From the human T2T-CHM13v2.0 reference genome, Homo sapiens: a stretch of DNA of 64,000 nt. The stretch lies in assembly GCF_009914755.1 (NCBI RefSeq), contig NC_060944.1. One strand, written 5' to 3'. A program made the translations under genes and the position numbers. Positions 30,940 to 41,510 of this stretch are shown piece after piece. The notes beneath the pieces are model-generated. The model was not told where the DNA came from, did not search any database, and saw only the letters and a list, made by a program, of their open reading frames with translations. Every line of letters starts with the position of its first letter. Position 1 is the first letter of the stretch.

Positions 30940-31385
30940 GCTATGGTGACAGTGCCCAGTGAACCACACCTTCCGGTATCCACGCCCTTGGGTCATTCCC
31001 TCCCACACTGACTCTGGCCAATGGGACATCAGCAAGTGTGCTTTGGCCAATAGGACATCAGCAAGTGTGACAAAAGCAGAGGTTTGATAAGCCCCTGTAT
31101 GCTGCGGCCTGTCCTCTTGGAATCCTGAGACCATTGTACTGTGAAGAAGCCCAGGATAAAAGGCCACGTGGAGAGGGAGGCCTAGTCCTGCCAGCTGTCC
31201 CAGTGAAGTCACTCCCAGCGACCCGACAGCTGACTGTTGCTGCATGAGTGACCCCAGCAAAATAACTGCCAAGCTGACACACCAAATTGTGACAAATAAT
31301 AAATTATTGTTGCTTTAAGCTACCAGGTTTTGGGTTTTTTTTTTTCTTTTTTTTTTTTTTTACATAGCTCTAGATGACTGATAGA
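30940..31385 (+). mobile_element. MLT1 (MaLR) solo LTR
   Basis: tggccaatgggacat...ggccacgtggagag...aataaattattgttgctttaagc...actgata. Confidence 0.7.
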
Positions 31386-31389
31386 GAAA

Positions 31390-31820
31390 TCCAGTTGGCT
31401 GGGCCATTCCTCTGCTGATTTTGTCTGGGCTTACTCACGCATCTGAGCCTAAACCGGAGGAGCAGCTGACTGGAAGGTCCAAGATGGCTCATTTACATGT
31501 CTGGCAGTTGGTCTTGGCTGTCGGCGGGGACACATTGGTTCTTTCATCCTCCAGTAGGCTGGCTTCCTTACATAGCAGTCTCAGGACTGTGTTCCAGGAC
31601 AGTAAACGTGAAAGCTGCAAGGTCTCTTAAGGCCTAATGTCAGAATTTGCATAACATCACTTCTGCCACATTCTATTGGCCAAAGTAGTCCCAGGCGAAC
31701 CCAGGTTCAAGGGGTAGGGAAACAGACTCCACCTCTTGCCCAGAACAGTGGCAAAGTCACATTAGTAAGCAGCCGTGTGCAGGGCGGGGAGGAATTGATA
31801 ACATATTTTCCTATCTACTA
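31390..31820 (-). mobile_element. Second MLT1 LTR, opposite orientation
   Basis: gtccaagatggc...cacttctgccacattctattggccaaag...gactccacctcttg. Confidence 0.7.
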
Positions 31821-33497
31821 TGTTCCACTCCACTGTCTTCCTCCTGATGTTGGGAGAAGCACGGTGGAGACTATTGCCCTCTGAGAGATCTAGGGGTACA
31901 AATATTCCAAAACAGTCCATGAAGTTGTTCTTGAAAGCTTCTGGCTCTTTGACTTCATCCGTTCACTCATTCATTCATTACAGTCTTGCCGAGGGCCTAC
32001 TACAGGTGCTGGGGCTGCACAGACTCAGATAGGCTGCAGGAGGACTCTGGGGCCAGACAGATATGGGCTCAAGTCTTCTTTCCACCATTTACATGCTAGC
32101 TGACCATGGGCAAGTTCCTGGGCCTCTCTGAGCCTCTGTTTCCTCTTATGTGAAATGGAGACACCCACCTGGTAGGGCTGTTGAGAGGACTGAATGAGAG
32201 GAAGCTTCCAGCAGCAGGCCTCACATTTTGGAGATGCCTTGCTGATCTCTTTCCTCAACTTCTGGATTGAGTACCTCCATAAACAAGTTTCACAGAGGCA
32301 GAAATCCATGCTGGTCTTGTTCATCCCGTGTCTATAGGGCCTGGCACACAGCAAGTGCTCAAATGACGTTTTGACTGGCTGACTCCCAGTGCCCCTCCAC
32401 TGCCCCTCTCACAGCCTGGGTGTAGCTATCCATTTGCTTCTCTGCTGGAGCAGAAGCTCCGTGAGGGCAGAAACCAGGTCTAGTTCATTATCCTGACCCC
32501 AGGATCTGGCACTTAGAAGGTGCTCAACAAATGTTAGTTTCATTCCCTCCCTGTAAAATGGATGACTCTGGCTCAGTTGACAATTTTCAGCAGAGATCTT
32601 GAAATCTCGGAGAACATTTCTATTCCTGCTGGGGTGGTGGTGGGCGGGGGCTGGTAATTATAACCTGGCCTCAGCTCCCGCAGCCTTGTCTTCACCCATC
32701 GTCCCCAGTTCCAGCTGTTGTCCTGGCCTCCCCTGCTGTCCCCTCCAAATGCTGCAAAAGGGGCCCTGGAGCCCGTGTGATGCCTCATTAGCACACAAAT
32801 GCCATCCCTGTCGCCCCTGTGGGGGGCCTGCTGGCAGGCCTGGCCTTTAAAACACACAAGTTAATTCCTCCTCTGGCATTGGGGCCTCGCGGCGCCCCGC
32901 CTCCTCCCTTCCCTCACACCTTCCTCCCAGGCCCCGTTCCGGCTCTGCTCCCTGCTATCTGCACAGCAAGAACAGACTGTACCTCGCAGCAGCTGCTAAA
33001 TATAGACCCGCATCAGCAGAATATTCCTGGCTGGGGAACTAGAGCTGGGGCTGGGAATGGCACCAGGGCAGCTCTTGCCATGGGGCTGTGGGCAAGGGGA
33101 GGCAAAACCTGGTTCTTCCTGGGACGTGCCAGAAAGGACCCTTTCAGATTGAAGAGTTGAGGGGCTCTGGAGCAGGGACCCCATTTGAACTCCTTCAACT
33201 GCCTTGCCTGGTCCTCACTTTCTGACCTCTTGGGAACTGTTCTGCTCCCCCAGGCCCGGTGGCCTCCCAGTTGTCACCATCTTCTGGGCCCTCTGCTGCG
33301 GGGGATGCTGTTTCTTAGAAACTGGCTGTCCTTCCCACTCTCATGTCCTCCCCACTCTCTGATCCTTCATCTGCCCAGCCCTGCCACCTCCCAAGACTCA
33401 GTCTTGGCCCTTCTCTTATTTCTATGTTCTTTCTTCTCCCCATCTCCCCAAGGCTTATCAACCCTAGGGTCCCCACCTCCTCAGGCTGAATGCATGA

Positions 33498-34202
<705 letters not shown>

Positions 34203-35129
34203 TGAAGTCTTAATCTAAGTCCTTCCTCTGCATTAGGTTTCGTCCTCACACTCGTCACTGCTTGACGTTATGTTATATGTGTACATGCTCATCTTCTATA
34301 TTCTCTACTTCAATAAAAGTGCCATGAATGCAGAGCCTTAGATTTGCCTACTGAAGCATTCCTAGTGCCTAGCACAGAGCCAGGCACATAATAGGCACTC
34401 AATAAATAGTGGTTGAATGAATGAGTGAACTGTCCCATTGAATCCTCACGACCATCAAGTGAGATGGGTATGATTCTCTCCCCTGTGCACATGGGGAAAC
34501 TGAAGCTTTAAGAGACCCAACCATTCTTGGAGCTCCACACCTGTATTTCACATGGCCTGCTAGAAGTTCTAGGTGTTTCTTTCCCTGTTTTCGCTCATCT
34601 TAAAGCCAATATGGTTAAAGCTGAATTTTTTAGCTCTGCATCAGATTCCAGGGCACATTCACTCATTCCTCTGCTCTAGTAGCTTTCTTAATTTACACTC
34701 CTCCTGTTTCTGTTGATGGTACCCCTTGCCTAGATGAATAAATCCTACTACATGGAAAGAAACTCTGCCTCCTCCCCCAACCTAGTCCTGCAGATTCGTG
34801 TTGGCCCCCAAGGTTTGTCCTTGGCAGGATCTCACTGCCACCCCCTATTCTCTCTTCTCGGCATCTCAATCAATCCTCACTATGAATTCTTCATCATCCC
34901 TGGCCTCCTAGCTAGACAGGTAGGTTAAGGAGTCTGAGTGACTGTCAAGAAAGGGCGCAGGCTTTTGGTTTTTGCCATTTGGGACTCTATGCTGGGCATC
35001 CTGGGCTCCAGGGCCTCCCTGCCTCTAATTCCTGCCTCTGAGCCAAGCTCTGTAGCAGCAGCCCAAGGGATCTTGTTAAAATGAAAACCAGAGCATGTCA
35101 TTTCCTTGCTTAGTAGTCATCAGTGAACC

Positions 35130-35960
35130 TGCACTGTAGGTGAGGAGGAGGGGAAATGGATACTCTCACACGTGGCTCACGGGAGTGTCGTCTGGTACAT
35201 TTCGGCATTATCTATCGAGATTCCGAATGCATGTGCTCTTTGACCAAGCTTCTCCACTTCCTGAAAATTATCCTGCAGATATACTCACACAAGCACAAAA
35301 TGATGTATGTGTGAGGTTATTCACTGTAGCATTGTTTGTTGTAGCAAAAGATTGGAAACAGCATAAGTGTCCATCGGCAGGGGACTGGTGAAATAAATTT
35401 TAGTGTATCCATAACACCCATTAAATAAGAGAAAGAGGAAGCCCTTTATGTACTCGTATGGAATAATCTTCAAAATGTATTGTTAAGTGAAAAAGGCAAG
35501 CCGTGTGTATAGTGTGTTTATAGCTACCATTCATGTAAAAAAAATAAATACATGTACCTTATTTTCTTGTACATGTACAGAATAGCTCTGGAAGATGCAT
35601 GAGAAAATTACATTGGTTGCCTTGGGGATACAGACTAGGTGGCTGGGGGACTGGATGGGGTGAAGAATTGCTACTAAATTCCTGTTTGGACTTTTTGAAT
35701 TTTGAACCTTGAGATGTATTATCTATTAAATGTGAGTTAATATTTTCGAGTGAATGAGTCTAAGATCTCATAGGATGTATACACCAAGTGGCTACCTTTG
35801 GGGCTGCAATTACTGGTGATAGGGAGTGGGAAGCGTTTCTTTTTTTTTTCTTTTTAGCATTTCTTTAATGTTTGAATGTTTTATAAAATGTATTACTTTT
35901 TTGGGGAGAAAAAATAATGAAGATACTTTGTGTGAGAAAATACAATTACAACTGTGCTCA
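35130..35960 (+). mobile_element. Old L1M 3' fragment
   Basis: tgacccaag-like/ccacttcctg, cactgtagcattgtttgt...aaagattggaaac. Confidence 0.65.
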
Positions 35961-36280
35961 TGGATTGGAATCCTCTCCCTTCTCCCCCAGACAAAGGAAA
36001 CACACAAACAAAAACCCAAAACCCAAATCCATCAACTCCCCCCAACCCCACTTCCCAGCTTTGCCCTTAGAATGAAATCCAAGCTCCTTAGCCTGGCTCA
36101 CACCAGCACAGTCAGGCCCCTGCCACCCTCTCGACGTCACCTCTCAACAAACCTGATTGCCGAAGCCTGAGCTGCTTACAATTCCCCTCATGCCCCAGGC
36201 TGTTCCACTTCTCCCAACTTTTGCCTGAGCCATACCCTGTACCTGGAATGCCCTTCTCTGAAATCTTGGTCTGGCAACAC

Positions 36281-36607
36281 CTTCTTCTTCTTCTTCTTCT
36301 TCTTCTTCTTCTTCTTTTTTTTTTTTTTTTGAGACAGGGTCTTGCTCTGTTGCTCAGGCTAGAGTGTGATGGTGCCATCATAGCTCACTGCAGCCTCGAC
36401 CTCCTGGGCTCAAGCAATCATCCCACCTCAGCCTCCTGAGTAGCTGGGACTAGAGGCACCTGTCACTATGCCTAGCTAATTTTTTCTTTTGTAGAGATGG
36501 GGTCTCTCTGTGTTACCCAGGCTGGTCTCAAACTCCTGAACTCAAGCAATCCTCCCACCTTGGCCTCCCAAAGTCCTGGGATCACAGGGGTGAGCCACTG
36601 CACCCGC
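36281..36607 (-). mobile_element. AluJ with (CTT)12 tail
   Basis: J-type body; (CTT)12 at 36281-36316 abutting poly-T. Confidence 0.9.
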
Positions 36608-37534
36608 AGACACTTTCTTATCCTTTGTAGATTGCTGCTACTTCCTCCGAGAAGCCTTGCATCCTAATCCCTACATATCTGCCTATCCTCCTGCCCCACA
36701 GGGCTGTGAGCCTCACAATGGCATTTGATAAACATTCTGTGCTGTCTGACATCTCATTCCCCGCCTTCACCCAAGCCAGGCCCCTCCTATCCCAGGAGCA
36801 GTGAGAGCACCCCGCTGGAATTGGCAGCCACTCCCAGCTGTGTGACCTCAAGTGAGTCACTTCACCTCTCTGGTCTTCAGTCTTCTCATCCTGTCCTCCT
36901 CGCACTCCCCCAAGGCTTCTCAGAGATTAGTCAGGTTCTAATGTCACCGTGAGTGAAGTGGGGACAGCGGGTGGGCGTGCTGCACCATCGTTTGGTGGTG
37001 TTGAGGGGATAAGCAAGAAAGAAGCCACTCTTCCTTAAAGGTCTCTGTGTCTTAGACACCTTTCCTTAAAGATGCTTGTGTTTTTCCATCAGGTCCTTAA
37101 CAACTGCCATGTGGGCAGAGCTCTCAAAACTGCTGAAACCAGCCGTCCTCCCTTCCCCAAACTACACTTGTGACCCCGGAAGAGCTCAAACGCCTGCTTC
37201 AACTTAGCTCCAAGGACAAGCCGCTTAGTTCGGACCTTTAAGGTCCTTTTAGGGCACCCACAGCGGCTGCTTCCTGCCTTTCGGTTTCTCTTCCAGTTTT
37301 GGAAGAACCCCCCACCCCATTCCTTTTCTGTTCCTCAGTCCGTCCATCTTCCTGCCTGGCTGCCCCTCCCTCTCCGCGACCCTGGACTCTCCTGCTGTGC
37401 ACAAGGTGCCCCCTGTGCTGTCCTCAGAGCTTCTGGGACAGAAGGCTCAGAGCAGACGTCTGGGGTGGTCCTCGTCCCGCCCCGCCCCTGGCCCCGCCCC
37501 ACGGCTCCGCCTCTGGCCCCGCCCTGCCCCTCAC

Positions 37535-37654
37535 CGGTCTTGGGGTCCACGGTGAAGTGGTGCTCGCCGTCCAGCACGCTGTACACCAGCCGAGCGCTGC
37601 TGCCGTACGTGGGGTCATCCGCATCCGAGGCCATCACCTGCATCACCGACGTGC
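37535..37654 (-). CDS. CDH22: CDH22 exon 4 (EC2, first half)
   Basis: acceptor gcccag|GCACG; 120 nt; [40 protein letters not shown]; donor G|gtgagg. Confidence 0.95.
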
Positions 37655-39529
37655 CTGGGCCCGGGGGACCAAGCGAGACAGGGGTCATCTGGGGCTGCGG
37701 AGCTCGTTCCCCCACTTCGCCTCACCCCAGGGAAGCTGGGAGAGGAGACCCTCGGGAGACCTGCGGGAGGCCATCGAATACAGCCCCTCACGGTCCCCAT
37801 CCCCACTCTGAGCCCCAACCCTCTTCCTGTTTTGAGGCCTTTCTGGTGGCGCAAGTGTGACCATGGAGTCAGATCTGGATTCAAGTCCCCTTGGGGTGGT
37901 TCCCAGCTGTAGGACTCTGGCAACGAAAGGCAGCCTCTCTGAGTCTGTTTCCTCTTCAGCAAAGTGAGGCAAATCCTAGTGCTTGGTTCACTAGGTTGAG
38001 GGGATGAATTCTAAACTCCCAGCACAGAGCTGTTCACAGAAGTTTCTCAATGATGGCGACAATCATTACAGTCATCACAGTCAGTTGGAGCCAGGACTGG
38101 AAACCAGGACCTGACTCTCAACCCAGGGGCCATTCTACCCACTCCAGCTCCTACTGATTCTTCAAGGGACTTCTGCCTCCTCTCCCCGCATGATGGTGGT
38201 AGGGGACAGCCCAGAGGGACAGACCAATTCATCGGGGGTCAGAGGCCAGTGTCTCTTGGCCCCCGGCAGGAGAGGGCAGCACCCAGCCTTCCCTTTGGAA
38301 AGTTGTTGGCTGCGGGCCCTGGTGCCCTCCTCGCCCCTCCCCCTGGGTGCCCAGACAGCCCACCCCCAGACACACACACTTCTCATGCTCTGCACGTAGA
38401 CTGCTGGGGAGAGTATAAATTGGATAAAAGTCCATCAAACAGTGGCAATTAAGTTATTGATTTTTGACGCTGCCTCATTAAACCGGGAGCTTCTTTTGGT
38501 CTGTCCCAGAGATGGCTCTAATTTGACATCATGTTCAATTTGACGAAAGCAGGGCTTGGGACGTGAGGCTAGACCAGGTGGGGGTGGGGGTAAGGGTGGG
38601 GGAGGGTCAGGTGGAGGGGCCAACAAAGCCATTGAATCCACCCAAACCTTTCCAGAAAGAAGAGGGTGAGCTGGAAGACTCAAGAGTGAGTCTTGGGGGT
38701 TCAGGATACGACCCAAAGGGAAGGAGATGGAGACCCCACCTCAGAGAGATGCCCTCTGCTGGGTGCCTGCTGGTGGGGCCAGGCAGGCCCCTCCTGGGCT
38801 GGGCTGGGCTCCCTGGGCCAGCAGGGCTGCATGCTGGGAGGTGAGGCCAGTTCACTGCCTGGCTAATGAGTGAGAATCTGGAAGTGCTACTGCAGCAATT
38901 CTGCTAAGCCCAGCCCGCCGCCCGCCTCTCCCGCCTCCAGCCTGGGGCCCTCGATCATTCCAGACAGACACATGTATTTATTTTTCACTCTTTTGCATTT
39001 CTCATTTCCCTCTCCAGGTTCCCCCTCCCAGCCACAGTCTCCTAAAACGTCCCTGCAATGCGCCTCTCTCTTTGGCCACTCCAGCTCCATGTCAACCATG
39101 TCAGAGTTGACCAGAGAAGCTGAGGAAGAGGGATGGGCAAGCCCCTTCCCTCCAGATGCTGGTGCCCAGGGGTCTCCTACTCAGGGAGGACACAGCTCCA
39201 GGTGCCTCTTGCTGGACTGGAATTATGTCCTATTGAGCACTCATGACACACTGGCTTCACCAGCCACTTAAATCCATCATCTCTAATCCTCATAGCATCT
39301 CGGAGATGCAGAGTGGCCCCCCCCCCCAATTTTACAGCTGAGGAATCAAGTCAGACAGGGGAAAAGATTTCACTGAGGGCACAGAGTGAGGAAGTGGTGG
39401 AATTTGAACCCGGGACTCTGGGATGCCAAGTCCCTTCTGGGAAGCAGTATCAGCACAAGTACAGTGACTTTGGGGACAGTGGTCTGGTGTACTGAGTCAC
39501 AACCAGCGATGGCACTGCCACTTATTAGA

Positions 39530-39710
39530 AGTTTGACCTTGGATCTGTCATGAACCGCTTTGTGCTTCAATCTCCCCATTTTGTGAAATGAGGGTGGTAG
39601 TATTACAGATCTCCTGAGATCATTTTGAGAATTCAATTTCCACGTCCAGCACCAAGGACAGTGCCTGAACCATGCCAAGAACCCAATAAGTGCAGGTTGT
39701 TGTTGTCAAC
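39530..39710. mobile_element. MIR carrying RE1 no. 1 (one of many MIR fragments in the window)
   Basis: tgaccttgg...gtgcttca...tgtgaaatg...acagtgcctg...caataa follows the MIR core/3' layout. Confidence 0.65.
39645..39665 (+). promoter_or_regulatory. RE1/NRSE (REST site) no. 1
   Basis: TCCAGCACCAAGGACAGTGCC versus consensus TTCAGCACCnnGGACAGCGCC. Confidence 0.8.
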
Positions 39711-40303
39711 TCAAGAGGCACAGCACACCAGTATACAATGGCACAATTATGCCTCCCTCACAGAGGTGCTGAAATGGGAGAAGATACATAAAGCATCAGG
39801 CTTATGGTGGGTGCACAATATCTAGTGGCTGTTGTAATTGTTATGAGAGAGGGTCTCCCTGTCACTCCCCTGGCAAGTCCCTCCCACTCCCTGGGCAAAG
39901 CACAATGCAGGGCTGAGTGACTCCCCAGAGACATGGCTGAGCTCTCTCTCTCCCTGGCTGCATCCCAGGGACTCCCGAGGGGATGATGGAACCATTTCCC
40001 CAATCCAGGATTCTTTATTGCAGCCATTATAGTTAATGCCGACATGTGGGAATGGTAAAGGGTCAGTGATTCACCACTGGTTTCCCAGGCCCCAGAGGAA
40101 TGGCTTCCTTGGGCCACACACCCCCTCCCACCTTCTTCAGAAGTCAGCAGCTCCCCAGAATTGGCTGACAAAAGGGTGCCAGGCTTGTAGCTACTGTGGG
40201 ACCACCTTGGGGTGGTCCCACAGGTTCAGCAGTTTATATTTCACAGTGCCGCATCATGTCCATTCTCTCCTGCAGACTTCACACCAGCTCTGTGATATAG
40301 ACG

Positions 40304-40511
40304 CAGTGGTTTGTTGGTGAGTCAGCTCTGAGGGGTGGATGGGTCGGGAGGAGTGCCCTGCTTTGTAATGTTTGCTGATTTCCATGGTGTAAATATTCTC
40401 TCCATGGCCCAGTTTCAAGCTACCAACATGATATCAACTGGCCCACAAAACTCCTGAAAATCAACATGTGGCTCTCGTGAGCTGGTACGAGCTGACTCCA
40501 GCACACCCCTG
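40304..40511 (-). mobile_element. MER63-like hAT element
   Basis: ttcaagctacc...ctcctgaaaat...gagctggtacgagctgactccagcacac. Confidence 0.6.
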
Positions 40512-40869
40512 CACCATCCCCATTTCACAGCTGAGGAGACTGCTATGCACAGTGAAGGGTGAAAACATGAATTAATAATGAAATCCATTATGAATTATGT
40601 AACATTATTCAATAACTGATAAAGATAGCTTCCATTTATTAAATAACAACTTTGTACTAGATACTATGATATAAGCCCTTTTTGTATATGATAGAATTTA
40701 CAAAACAGGGCCTTCAGATAAGCTTTTAATATTTTCACTTTAAAGAGGAGGAAATGGAGGCTGAGTGAAGTTAAGTAATGAACCTCTTAGTGCTTCCATT
40801 TCCTCATTAGTGAGATGGGTAAGAATACTACCAAACTCGTGGATCACTGTGAGAACTCAGATTTCTATG

Positions 40870-40890
40870 CTCAGCACCAAGGACAGTACC
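40870..40890 (+). promoter_or_regulatory. RE1/NRSE (REST site) no. 2
   Basis: CTCAGCACCAAGGACAGTACC. Confidence 0.8.
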
Positions 40891-41160
40891 TTGACAAGCT
40901 CACCTGGTGCAGGAGAGAGGCAGGTTTCAAACCCACGTGGATCTGATGTCAAAGCCCACATATATCCTGCCTTAGAGGGAGGAGGAGGGGCTGCTTGGAG
41001 TAGAAGTAGATAGGTGAGACAGAGAGAGGGAGGACTCAGACACAGGAGCAGGGGGGCAGAGGAGGGGAAGGACAGGAGCTGGGTTTAGATTCTCCCTCCC
41101 CTACAGCTGGTCCAAGCCCAGACTTCCAGAAGTAGAGCTGGGACTGGTTGACAGGAGCGG

Positions 41161-41181
41161 GCTGCTGTCCGTGGTGCTGCT
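41161..41181 (-). promoter_or_regulatory. RE1/NRSE (REST site) no. 3
   Basis: Minus strand AGCAGCACCACGGACAGCAGC; core CAGCACCACGGACAGC matches consensus exactly. Confidence 0.8.
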
Positions 41182-41337
41182 GCCCAGCCCTTCTGCTAAG
41201 TGGTGGTTAAGGGCCTAGGTCCAGGCTGGAATGGGAAGGGTTGCCCAACTGATTCTTGGCTAAACAGGATCTCAGGGCCCATGGATCCATGTGGAATGTT
41301 AGATATGGAATGGCTTGTCCTTGAAGAGCACAGAAAT

Positions 41338-41510
41338 CAGAGCTTCTCAACTTGGCAGCACGTTAGAATCTCTTGGGAGCTTTAAATAACATTGATGTGG
41401 AGCCCCATCCCTGACCAATTAAATAGGACTCTTGGGGAGGAGCCCAGGCAAAGGTATTTTCACAGTCTCCAGAGTGCATCTAAAGTGTCTCTCGGTCTAA
41501 AAACTGATGC
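41338..41510. mobile_element. MER5-like hAT fragment
   Basis: cttctcaacttggcagcacgttagaatc...ccaattaaat. Confidence 0.55.
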
